From Octopus vulgaris (lineage: Eukaryota): DNA of 64,000 nucleotides. How positions within the stretch are numbered: the stretch's first letter is position 1; the number at the start of each line of letters is the position of its first letter. Location of the stretch: the NCBI GenBank assembly GCA_951406725.2, contig OX597832.1, positions 42,222,001 to 42,286,000 on the forward strand. The letters are read 5' to 3'. A program made the position numbers and the translations under genes. The notes beneath the pieces are model-generated. The model did no database searches. It was not told the DNA's origin and saw only the letters and a program-made list of their open reading frames with translations. Positions 36,401 through 48,065 of the stretch are shown piece by piece.

Positions 36401-38706
36401 TTAAAAATATTCCAAATAGATGTGCACAGGATATTTCTATCTATAAATACTGAATCAAACAGTTGTTTAAAGACTGAAAATGGTTTAAGAAACAACAAAA
36501 TACAATTATTTGATTAACAAGCTCATTTGTTGATCCCTGGCAAAACTTTCTGAGGGCCATATGGTTTAATGAATCAGTAGTAATTAATAATTTTCATATG
36601 TAAATATCTAGTACGCAGTGATTTTTCACCAAGTGACAGTTTTGTGATTCAGACACTGAAGATCAGTCCTTGCATATTATGTAGCCAATGATGGAGTTGT
36701 TATATGGTCAACCACTAGAAACAGCAGCCAAATCTTTCAATTACAAAAAGAAAACACAACATTCTTAGATAATTCTAAAAAGATGGGTTGGGCATGACGG
36801 GAATGCTTTTGATCATAGATCAACTTAAGGTTATCCTAGAGCTAAGCTACAACACCAAAAACATGTAGTATCAATGATATACATTTGCAAAACATTTCAA
36901 CACTGATATAAGTTCTTTTTCCATGCCACATATGTGGTTCAATATGGTTCACGTTATTTGGGGCATTTACTCTGCACAAGGTTTACATATTCAGATTCTG
37001 CCTCTAAGAAGTTACTTTAAAATTAATCTGACTGTGAAACATACGAGGTAGTCAGTAGAGAAATTAAGAAAGCTTTTAATTAAAATGGATTGACAGAATC
37101 ATTGAAGTGCTTGGCAGTAGTTGTTGCAGTTCTATGTTCTGAGTTCAAATACCATTGGAGCCAACCTTGTCTTTTTATCTTTCTGGGGGTCAATAAAATA
37201 CCAGAGCAATTTAATCAACTAACTTATATTACTTAACTTTCATCCCACTGAGATGCTCAATAAATAGCATGGAGAGCATCCAAATGCCCTAATTGGGATC
37301 AGAATTGCAATCACATCAAAATCTCAAAGCTATGAGATAATTCATTAATTGAAAACTGAGTGATCAAACCTATTGATGCGGCAGGAAGGGTCACAGAAAC
37401 CCTAGGCTTTGAAGTGAATTTCAAATGAGTTGAGACTGTATGATGAAACCTCAGGTTGCATTTAAGAGCATATCTTAAGGAATAAAACGTTTACCTTATA
37501 TTTTTTTAAAATAACATTTTCTTTAAGTAGCAAGCCTGAAACTGTAGGTGATGAAAGTTGGTGTTGAGGATTTCATACGTTTTCAAAAGACATCTACACT
37601 ATCAATAGAATTGATCTTTGTATATTGCAGATACTAACCTTAACTGATGAACTATCTGCAAGGGGTAGAGAATATGGACAGATGATATGAACAATTAATT
37701 ATTAACCCTTTAGTATTCAGATTACTCTACTAAATGTTATGCTTATTTAATTACATTGTTTTCAATTAATAATGTATATCTCATAGCTTTGAGATTTTGA
37801 TGATGTGATTGCTTATTTTTATTATGACATTGTAGGATAGGTGTGAGAGGCTGGATCTAGCTGGGTTGACTGTAGAACAGGTATAATATCAGGACCGGAT
37901 ATGGCAACTTTAAATGCTAAAGGGTTAAAAAATGTTTTCACATCCATGTATCTCTATAGTAACTGTTGAAATGATATTCGAGTCAAAACATTAAGACCCT
38001 TCTCATGTTATATATCTTTAACAATCTGTATATCCAACTTAACGTGGATATACTATAAGAACATCACAATGCTGCAGTATTCGTCTTGAAGTACTTCTTA
38101 TAGAGGCTTTGTGATGACGAATACCGCCGTATTCAGCCTTCTTACAGTATATTTATGTTAAGTGAGATATACAGATTGATATTAGGTACTAATACTATAA
38201 CTGTTGCTAATAGATACACGCTATATGTCCAAAGAGAAAATTGGGATAGACAGACAGACATAATGTGAAAAGACATGGAGAAATATACAATTTCTATCTC
38301 TGGTACAAGACTACATTTTGGGGGAGGGGTAGAGGCGACTAGTTTTTCACTGGTTCATATTTTATCGATGACCAATTCACCTTAGGGAGTTAGTAACTCA
38401 ATGTATAAAAGGGGCTGGGTAAATACTGCAAAGCATTTCGTCCGACGCTCTAATGATGCACTTCCTTAATAAGGGTCAGCAGGAATACTTACTCTTCCCA
38501 GGCATCAGATTTACTGCTGTCCACCTCCACCAACTCCAGCTTATTTGCGGCTTCTGGACATAAGTTTTGCAAAGCCTTCACCTTCTCCTCTTTCTTTTTC
38601 TCGTCGTCCACATTTGGCACCACTCCTCTCACTTTATAGTTGTTCTCCTGAAGTTGCTTGATGATATAAGGAGAAACAAACCCAGATGCACCAGTCACCA
38701 GAACCA
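27100..38706 (-). CDS. Spliced gene: extended SDR / NAD(P)-dependent epimerase-dehydratase (DFR/CCR/Gre2-like), ~445 aa plus unresolved N-terminus
   Basis: Eight exons with GT-AG ends and consistent phases (1,2,1,1,0,1,1,0), 1337 nt in total. Motifs VLVTGASGF, TSSSAAI, YGKCK, INPSYVMGP, VDVRDVASAH. Confidence 0.93.
27583..27770. mobile_element. Family C retroposon fragment in SDR intron
   Basis: (CAT)n end plus shared family C core. Confidence 0.8.
28008..28275. mobile_element. Family C retroposon fragment in SDR intron
   Basis: (CAT)n end plus shared family C core. Confidence 0.8.
28380..28790 (-). mobile_element. Highly degraded CR1/L2-type LINE RT C-terminal fragment
   Basis: Broken translation includes KAQIK... 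and YCSHI, resembling LYKAQIRP.LEYCSHIW; multiple frameshifts. Confidence 0.45.
28932..29053 (-). CDS. SDR exon: (G)YNVPTINCPNF...FKLDNTK
   Basis: Acceptor tttTAG at 29055-54, donor GTAACT at 28931; 122 nt. Confidence 0.92.
29869..29949 (-). CDS. SDR exon: (G)KRFIVHANEMWMKDIAQVLAKEFKSQ
   Basis: Acceptor tctcttCAG, donor GTTAGT; 81 nt; not in the ORF track. Confidence 0.92.
30043..30327 (+). mobile_element. Degraded SINE of a further family in SDR intron
   Basis: tRNA-like head TGGCTTAGTGTTTAGG and central TTGAGCAAGAC...GTTGCTCCAGTC block typical of core-domain SINEs (inference). Confidence 0.5.
31014..31134 (-). CDS. SDR exon: IVQVLLERSSLVIPKLNFAIVDVRDVASAHVKAMTLEEAA
   Basis: Acceptor ttttTAG, donor GTAAGA; 121 nt. 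Confidence 0.94.
31445..31930 (+). mobile_element. Family C tail fragment followed by a degraded family A-headed SINE
   Basis: (GAT)n tail at ~31531-31544, then a family A-like head. Confidence 0.6.
32325..32410 (-). CDS. SDR exon: (D)EDKIELTVINPSYVMGPVLPGTTCYSSE
   Basis: Acceptor tattttAG, donor GTACGT; 86 nt; not in the ORF track. Confidence 0.93.
32978..33112 (-). CDS. SDR exon with catalytic YxxxK: (C)HGDAAGDSKAFTEEAWSDPSKLDPYGKCKTLAEKAGWEYIKELP
   Basis: Acceptor ttttgCAG, donor GTGAGA; 135 nt. Confidence 0.94.
34841..35022 (-). CDS. SDR exon: (E)PVKGCQYVIHVISPFP...KRVVMTSSSAAIT
   Basis: Acceptor tctctttCAG, donor GTAAGT; 182 nt. Confidence 0.94.
37706..37924. mobile_element. piggyBac-like MITE
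   Basis: TTAA-CCCTTTAGTATT ... AATGCTAAAGGG-TTAA. Degraded relatives at ~35210-35400 and, inverted, ~37305-37355. Confidence 0.8.
38493..38706 (-). CDS. SDR Rossmann exon: xVLVTGASGFVSPYIIKQLQ...SDAWE
   Basis: Acceptor ttattttttCAG (38709-38707), begins phase 1 (x|TG); donor GTAAGT at 38492; 214 nt. Confidence 0.93.
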
Positions 38707-39865
38707 CTGAAAAAATAAAGAAAAGATTCTAAGGTCAGAAATAGTTAACATTTTACCATGAATTTTTTTTTATACGTAAATTTAAGATACAGCGATAATT
38801 ATGCATTCACCCTCCTCCAACAACTCTAGATCTTGCAAAAGAGCTAATACTTTCGTAATGTCAGCTTTTTTCACAAGCCTAATTCTTGCAAGAAACTTAG
38901 TTCAATTCTGTTCCACAATTGCCGCAGAAGATTCAGGTTTCACCTTGCTTCTACTGCAGATCATCGTTATCTGAGCTTATTAAATCTGCTGTATCTTTGT
39001 ATCTTATGCTTATATAGTATGTATGAATGAATGCGCTTACACGTATGTATGCAAAATGAAAGATTTTGTATTTGTTGAAGCCTTATGAAATTTAAGAGCC
39101 ATTTACAGAAAAAAAAGCTATCTCTGAAGTGATAGGCAAAAATATAGAATCTATTTCACACTTTCAAAAGAATCAGCTACTTGTCTAAATTAGGCGACCC
39201 CCCCCCAAAAAAAAACTTATAGTGTAAGAAAAAGCACACCAAGGAAAAAATTCTCTTCCTTGGTCGGACGTGAGTGGGATGGGAAATATAAACCGCTTGA
39301 ATCAAACAGAAAAACTTTCATACACCGTTGACATTCTTCAAATGTTTTGTCACATCACCGAGTCTAATACTGTCTTCTGTAATCGTTCTGGCTTGCACCA
39401 GTTAGCAAAACCCCCAAAAAGATTAATTGCTTATTTAAAAATACGAGGTCATGTGCAATTAGAGCAATGTGGTTTAATTTTGTGTGACTAGGTAGAACTA
39501 TATTATACTTGTAAAAGTTGAAACCGAGGAGCCTTAGAGATATTTGACGAACAAGAAGAGAAGAGGGAAGCATTTAATTGGTTTCACTCATTGGGTTATA
39601 GTCATACCGGAACACTTCCTTCTAGCATAAAGCCAATTACTTAAAAATCCAGTAGTTGTCTTCATCGATCACGGCACAAGTGAATTTGGACAAGATGTCA
39701 GCTCAACAGAAAGGAAAATTAATATACTAGAGTATTTTGTCCGATGCTCATAAGTGCAGGAACAAAATATGCTTATAGTGGGTGCAGACCCTGATCCAAA
39801 ATTGTTTACAGACAAGGTCGACTTCATTCAATCTTAATATCAAAACACACAAGTATAATAATAAT

Positions 39866-40082
39866 AATCCTTTCTACCATAGGTACAAGGCCTGAAATTT
39901 GAAGGGAGGGGACTAATCGATTACATCGACCTCAGTGATTCACTAGTACTTAATTTATCGACCCCAAAAGGACGAAAGGCAAGGTCGACCTTGGCGGAAT
40001 TTGAACGCGGAACGTAAGGACGGACGAAATGCCGCTAAGTATTTTGCCCAGCATGCTAACGATTCTGTCTGTTCGCCGCCTC
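39866..40082 (-). mobile_element. Family B SINE variant with (AAT)n tail
   Basis: Homology to 14420-14632. Confidence 0.8.
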
Positions 40083-40336
40083 AGTAATAATATTTGCACA
40101 TCAATCAAGTCAGATAAATCCAATACAAAGTGACGTTTCAAATCGCTTTGGCGATGAAGTTTTCCAAGATGATATTAATTGCCCCCACGAAAATCTTTGG
40201 GGAAACGCTTGCACCCCTTGCACTACCTGTTCCCGAGCCTATGTCACCCCATCGGTGTGTGTGTGTGTGTGTATATATATCTCAAAATAAGCAACAGGGA
40301 TATCCAAGGTAGAGTAGTACAATTGTTTCATTCTAC

Positions 40337-40386
<50 letters not shown>

Positions 40387-40401
40387 GTTCCATTGTCATT
40401 C

Positions 40402-40445
<44 letters not shown>

Positions 40446-41233
40446 TAAATAAAATGAATTCCATCCATAGTTTTTAAACTTGAAACATATTTTTTGTGAG
40501 TGACATTCGTTTCAGTAGTTGAGAATCTGAAGCACTAACTATAAATTCAGAACATGTCAACTAAATATTTGATTAAGTTTATAAAAGCCAAATTGTATAG
40601 TTATGGAAAAACAACTAGTTTTAAATCTCTGAGCGAGAAATATGTCGTTAACAGTAGCGTACAGTAAAATCTAATTGTCTTTTTATTTTAACGAAAAGAT
40701 TTTATCTACAAGATGTCAGATTGATCCGTTTTTTCCCCTTTTTATAATTGGTCAGTAATTTGCATATCTTTCATAAGTGGGAGAGGAGAATCAAGCAAAC
40801 AGTAACTATAAAAGATTCGATTTAAAGTAGCCAGATCTTATATGTATGCAGTTACTAGCGACTTTCCACGTGGAAGAATATTTCATTAGCCGTCTGACGA
40901 AACGTTCAGTCAAATAGAATATGCATATACTGAAACTATTTCTCCCGTTTGTTAATACTAACGCGCGCGCATGTGTTAAAAATAATTTTGGGATTCGATT
41001 GTAAATCACCTATGCACTTATGTATACATACACAAACACATATCTGATAAATTAAAAGCTAATATTTTAAAGCAAGCTTAAGAATAACAAAATAGTTACT
41101 GGAAGGGAAGACAAGTAAAATTTGGTATAAAATTTTATAAATTTCATTAGTTTCAGCATCGAGCTTCACCATTAGTAAATGTTTTAAAATTCTTGAATCT
41201 GCTTTAAAATAATGGCCGTAGTCTATCAGTTAC

Positions 41234-41268
<35 letters not shown>

Positions 41269-41399
41269 TGCAAACACACTTTTAGGGACCTTAAGGATAG
41301 AAATGTAGATGTATAGATATATTTTTATCACACGTTGCTGCTATCTTCATATACACACGCAGACAGTTTCTCTTCTAGCTTTTCATTATTTCTACCAAG

Positions 41400-41660
41400 A
41401 GGAGCGCGACAAGACGTGTCTATTAAACATCTATTTATCTCTATCGCACAGACAGCAAATGTTGACTAAGTTCATGGCGGTCGTCTTGTCGATTTGTTTA
41501 TAGACAGACGAGGCAGTAAAACCTTTTACAAACAGGAAGTAGATGAGGGGGAGCATAGTGAGAGATACAGAGTGGAATGAGGGAGTGAGAAGGTGAAGGG
41601 CCGAGAGAGATGGGAGGAAGAGCTGACAGTGCAGCGTGAGTTAACCAATCGTTATCCCGA
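41400..41660 (-). promoter_or_regulatory. Candidate promoter / 5' leader region for the SDR gene
   Basis: Non-repetitive and relatively CpG-rich; ETS-like CAGGAAGT (41533-41540), CCAAT (41645-41649) and a pyrimidine-rich minus strand. Inference only. Confidence 0.35.
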
Positions 41661-43304
41661 GTTTGGAATTTGGGTGTACGTCCAACCCATGCCAGTATGG
41701 AAAGTGGACGCTAAAATATAGTATTACACTCGGTTCTTAATTGTAACTTGCAAATATTTAAAAACTGAATGTCACGAATAAGGTAACAGAAAGAACATTT
41801 TTATATAAATTTTAACGAAAATTAAGATTTTCCAAAAAAAAAAAAAAAAAACGAATCCAGAAAATCACATGTTTGTGTAACTGATTCCACGAGTGTATGT
41901 GTTTTTTTTCTATGATTTGAATCAAATCAATTTGTGCTGGGTTTTTTTTTTGTCTTTGGAAAGAGACTGGAAAAGAAATGAGCTAGCAAAAAACAAGGCT
42001 GTTTAACACGAACCAAGCTACTACTGGTTTGCAAGGCATATCATTTGAGAAGGCAGAAGGGGATGTATCAAAACAATTATTTTTCGGATGAGGGATAGGC
42101 TGGTGCCTTTTATGCAGTAATGTCATCAAACACAGTGTCCCCAATATATTAGTCAGTGATGGGTCTGTTTCTCTTGTTTATGCGTCTAATTGGTGCTAAT
42201 GCTTAAAATATCATTGTGTTCAATGACTTTTTTTAAAAGAAAATTTGGTATAATGATATCAGATTTTTTAATTAAAAAAAATGTCTCAGTTCATATATAT
42301 ATAAACTATCATTATATACATTATATGCATTAAGGAAGCTTTTGTGTTGTATTTTGTCATTTAACAGTACAACCTTTATAGTTGGGGATGCAGAACAGCA
42401 GAGACAGAATCAAAACTGGGAGTGGTTGATGTCATTGTTTGACGAGCGTGTATCTTCCCGACCCATCACACACAGACGCATACAGTGCTATGACTACTGA
42501 CACCTCATAACCCCTTTATACAGACACACAATCTCTAAATGATTCAGATTGCTCCTGGCACCCACACAAAGTCTTTGTTCTGGACTGCTCCAGGCAACCA
42601 GTCCTATGCACCTTCCCCTTTCCACTTTTAACCTAGTTCTATATCTATTGTTCCCCCGCTATCATTACCTCTGCAGTCCACTTGAGGACCTTCAGGATTC
42701 AATTTTTTCCCCTTTTTTTTTAAAAAAAAAAGGGGAAAATGAAAAAGGTAAAATAAAAATGTTTTTGTTATTTAATGACGGTTGCTATGACAATAAGGGA
42801 TTAGCAAATCAGAAACGACAGTGCAAGGGAACCCAGTAGCTATGTATGGCGGGTTATTTTACTGAATTGATTTTAAAATAAGCTAAATTCCATTAAAAAT
42901 TAGAATTACAGGAGGGGGGATCATTAGCATAACAAATTGAGAATAATCGATCCCTTTAAGAATAAAAAAATAAATGGAGCTTGTGATTAATTTAGTGAAA
43001 GGGAAAGGAAATGTCGGTAATATAAAGTTGATATTCTAAACACGTTTTTATTTTCGTTTCACCTGCCATTGCCAACGTCAGCTGCTGTATTTTCTGACGA
43101 GGAGAGCTTGATCTTACATCTTACCAAAGACCAGTTAGAACCAGATTTTCAATATTTACAAACTCATACACTAATGATTTTTGTCGACTCAGAGCATTAG
43201 CTTCTTCTAGATTCTAATTATATTTCCTCAATATTTAAAAACAATTCCTTGTATTAGATATAATAATGTATATTTGAAATTTCGTGTGTGTGTGTGTGTG
43301 TGTG

Positions 43305-43490
43305 ATAGATCGTTAGCTACTACACACATTTTCTTTCTCTCCTTGTTTTTTTCTGTGTATCTTTCTGTAGAAGAACGTAGGCTCGAAACGTAAAAGACTT
43401 TCTATTCCTGAGCGCTATACTAATACATCTGTTTGTACACCACTGGCCTTCGTCTTTTGTTTATTTTCATAAACTTTCCCTTTATTAATC

Positions 43491-43548
<58 letters not shown>

Positions 43549-43725
43549 ACAGTAAACGAAAGACGAAGACAAGCAACAGGTATATTAGTTTAGTGCTGGG
43601 GAAAAATAGAAAAGTCTGACGTTTCGAGCCTACGCTCTTCGGCAGAAAGGATTGAGAGGAAACGAAAATGGAGAGAGAACGGAAAAAAAAAAAAGAGAAA
43701 AAATGTGTTGGGATTATCGATTCAA
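43305..43725. mobile_element. Two inverted Penelope-like terminal-repeat fragments, each with a minimal hammerhead-like motif, separated by (TA)n
   Basis: Plus 43359-43398 TCTTT-CTGTAGAA-GAACGTAGGCTC-GAAACGTA-AAAGA; minus 43651-43612 CTTT-CTGCCGAA-GAGCGTAGGCTC-GAAACGTC-AGAC. Confidence 0.7.
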
Positions 43726-44816
43726 CACGATGACATGCATGCACACACATCTACTCCAGCAACCATACATGGGTAAGAAGATATAACTAGCACCGGGTCA
43801 TGATGTGCTGCTACACTGTAAATCTATCAGTTTAAGATGCTGTACATCTGCACCGTGGTGGTAAGTTCCAAGGAAAGCCACATTTGCAAGAAGTTCCATT
43901 CCGTAATTGAGCAATCACTCGTAACAGGCTCTTCGTATTTCCGAGGATTGTCATCGCTGCTCATCCACTTTAATTTCACATTCCTTGTAACATGGCAACA
44001 AGCGAAGCTGGAAACAATCTTAAGCAATGCGACAGAGTGAGTTATACAATGTTGACCACGGTGGGGGGTTTGAACACACATTGTGAAAGAGTGAACAAAA
44101 ACCATGAAGTAGTTTTTACAACTTGTATGGAGTAACATTACATTAAGGAGTGGAACGTGCAATTATGCTATTATTATATGTTGGTCTGAGACCAAAGAAA
44201 GTTCTACAACTGGGAGTGGCAGGTCAAGAGTGTGTTAGCTGTTTAGGTTGTGGTTGGAGAAGGGGGGCGGGGAATCTAAAAAGAGATTAAACCGAATGGG
44301 TTTAGCGGGAGTTTTGGTAAGTTTACAGTGTTGCTGTAAAAATCAAGTGGAGCTTTAAGGATGACATTTGTAGCAGTCTACGTATATTATCTTTTTACTT
44401 GCCATTGGACTGTGGTCAAACGGGGGGACAACCATGAACGCATGTTTATTTTACTGGAATAAGTCCATGCTAGAGCACCACCTCCAAGGGCTTAATCTAT
44501 CATATCGATTCTGTACCCACTGAGTGCTTTATCGAACTATTTCTCTGGAAGCACGTATCTGTGTTTCTGCAGACCAAACAAAACTCCACTGCTTATTTTA
44601 AACCTTGTCTAATCTATCGGACTTTTTGTCGAACTGCTACGTTAACGGGGACGTAAACCAACAATAATCAAGAAGTGGAGGCCAAGAAACGCACACGTAG
44701 ACATTACATATTCCCTTACAAAGCATTACTCGGTCCGGAGCAACAACTCGACTTAAGAACTCATAACATGTCTGTGAAGGGAACTTAACCACAGGACCAT
44801 GCCTCTACCTATAAAG

Positions 44817-44963
44817 CAGTGCTCCGCAACTAGTATGCCGCAGTGAAATCTGAATATAATTTTTTTTCTCAATACTTTTAGTTATATTTTTTAGTCCAAG
44901 TGTGCCGCCGAATTTTGAAAGGAATATAAGTGCATCGCAAGTGAAAAAGGTTGCGGAGCACGG
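44817..44963. mobile_element. hAT-like MITE
   Basis: TIRs CAGTGCTCCGCAAC / GTTGCGGAGCACGG; partial 8-bp TSD CTATAAAG / ATGTAAAG. Confidence 0.7.
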
Positions 44964-47900
44964 ATGTAAAGTGATTTATTCTACAGAACCAATAATTGGT
45001 TGGCTCCTGGAAAGCTGCGTTAAAAAGAGTTAACAGACCTCTCAACGTAGATGACACAGCAATTTTTATGCCATCCAAGATGCAAGCCGTTCTTTTTGAA
45101 CGTAGGAAGAATAAACGTTTTAAATTTAATATAGTGGATTAAGCATTTAGAATAATTGAATTCAGTATCGCAGAAGAATTTAAATTTTTAGCAGATGTTT
45201 GAAAGGAATGTAATTGAAATCTGCAAGGAGCTATCCACCCCCCACCACCACCAGTAGAATGGATCAAATATCAAATTCTAACTTGCAGCCAAACGTTAAA
45301 ATGGTTAATAGGATATCTTACTCCGCTAAAATAGTTTGTTTTCTTTTTTCCTTTTGCATTTAAAACTTATCTATAGAATACAGTATTTTAAACATTGACA
45401 AAGCTAGAGTTAATTAACCAGCAGTTTAGGCAGTTATTTTATTCAGTTGGTACGAAAACGAAAAAACTGAAATAAATTTGAATACCAGGATAAAGCTTGG
45501 AAGCGGACGATTTGATACTCGGATCTTCTCACTTTTTTTGGCTTTCTTGTCGCCTGAACGAACGCTCAAAGAACGATAAACCAAACAGCAGCGGAGTGTG
45601 AATCATCCGCCTCGAATGAATATACAACGCTATTGAACAAGTTTTCTCAGCTTTGTAGGTCCGAGCATTTACTACTTTATATAATTGTAAGCTTTTGGGT
45701 ATAGATATATAGATTATATATAGTGTTTACTAATGAAGGTTATTAATATAATTGTTTTTATATTATATTTGAATTTTATTTTAAAAATAACTTTTATAAT
45801 AATTAAACGCACGTTTATTTGATTGGAATAAGACCATGCTAAAGATTCACCTTCGAGGGCTTAATCCATTATATCGATTCTGTACCCACTGGGTGTTTTA
45901 TCGAACTATTTCTCTGGAAGCACGAATTTGTGTTTCTGCAGACCAAATTCCATTTGCAAGACCTTGGTTTACTGGAGAATACAGTAAAAGGCATCCAATG
46001 TACCTCGTGGCAATTCTATCTCGAAACCGCGTAGTTGGGATACAAATCTTCCAACTATAAAACTCGTATTTGTACTTTGTATGCTCAAAAGTCAAATTAG
46101 TGTTTTTCACGTTTCAAGATGAGTTATTTTTCTAATTCTGACACGTATATCACGGTCAATATCGAATGTAGTCCGAACTCCAAAAATGGCTTAGAAACCA
46201 CTTATAGACATTGAAAAGGCAATAGTAAAAGTCATCAAAAGGTTCAACCATGCCTCTCAGCCAATGTTTAATGAACAAACTACGAATACTTTAAAATCAT
46301 AAGAGCAACGAGCATAATGCCAATATTACAAAATGAGAAAAAATGTCACTGCAGTCCAAGTGTACAGGAAAAATTTTTAGCTTCAAAGCATCACCAGCAA
46401 AAATAAACGAAATGAAACGGCCTGTAAGATACGATACTGGTAGTGGCAGAATATCTTGTTTTACTCATTTAGAAATTGAATCAAGATTTCAATAACAGTT
46501 TCCTTGTTTTGAGGTTAAAGTTATTTCTTTAATTTCAAAATGAATACAAAATAGTTGAATGTATTTTAAGTGATAATTATAGAGAAGTTCAAACTCTCGT
46601 ATGCCAACGTAAAGCTTGGGAAGTCGGCACCAGCCAAATTACTATTAGTAAAGAGACGGTTCGATGCTTAACATCTCTTGCACTTCACTTGTATTCATAA
46701 AAAAACCCGGTGGTAAATGAATTCAACTGAAAACAGTTTTGTAAACATTTACCATTCGTTTAAAAGTAGAAGACTGGCGTTTTATCCATGGGAAAATCTA
46801 AACTGCCGAACCTATTTGCAGCCAAGATATATTCTCTAACTTAAGGCTGCACCAGTAGTAATGGAAAGGGGAGAGAAAAAGAAGGGGCAAGGAACAAAGT
46901 CAATAAAACGTAGGGATCTCTGCTGTTGGAAATTGCATTTATGCTCGAGTTCTGATTGGACGGGTTGATTAATTCATAGAAAATCACTTCTAATCCCAGT
47001 TTTAAGCTTTGAAAAACGGGAAGCAATTTAAAGAAGTATCATTGTATTATTATTTTCCAATGGTTGATTTATGCCGAAAGTCTTCTCGACGATAGGATAA
47101 AGGGTTCAATTGACCTGGAGTTTCAAAAATGTTTCCATTTAATAGTGCTGAGTTATATTTGAGAATAAGCTATCTACAGCTGTGATCGTGGATGAATATT
47201 CTCGTCCAAATCCATGAAAGTTAAAAACTTGCAACTGTGCTGCCATAACAATCCGTTACTCCAATAGTTCCCACCCGTGTCTAATTTCTCCTTCCCGCAT
47301 TAGTCAAAAATATTACAAAAATACCCTATACTGGATAGGATTAGCTAAAGCTACAAACGCCATACTTAATTTTTCGAGCAATTTATTCTTGTACAGATGA
47401 CGTCTTTCACTACCTTCTCTAATTAACTTCAGACTAAGATAGGTTGGTGTGCCGTGATGAATAGAGACTTTAGTGTGGAAGAATATTTTAATATAGTTGG
47501 TTCTTTTTCAACGAACATTCTCTCTAAAGTATGATCTCATAACCTCAGTTCAATAAATTAATCCCATCGTTTATGCTTATAAATTATACAACGTTTTTAC
47601 GTAAGTGGATTATGGTGCCATAAGAGTTCCTAATTAAGTCGATTTCACAGTTGGTTTCGATTCCTGGCTATAGTTAGTTTACATTACGTGTGTTGTTAAA
47701 AGTTGTGTGAAAAACATTATTCCTCCGATGTTAAAAACATTCTGAAAATTGGGTGGTTATGAGATTAACATTACTGACCTCAGCACCTCTAGTTTTGATG
47801 CAACGAGTAATGTTCCGTGACCGCTGTTGGAAATTGCTTTTATGCTCGAGTTCTGATTTGAGGGTTTAATTAATCCAGGGAAAATTACTTCTAATCCCAG

Positions 47901-48065
47901 TTTTAAGCTTTGAAAAACGGGAAGTAATTTAAGGAAGTATCTTTGTCTCAAAGTTCAATACTAATCGATTCCGAGCAGGCCTACGGTAAAAGCAACAACA
48001 AAAAAGAAACATTCCATTTGTGTCTTTTCTGTTTGTTAAGAATATACAAATATTTCCAGGGATGA

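Noticed and set aside
38941-38965. ATG ATC TGC AGT AGA AGC AAG|GTGAAA as the SDR first exon
   Set aside because: Ends in phase 0, whereas the 38706 acceptor requires phase 1.
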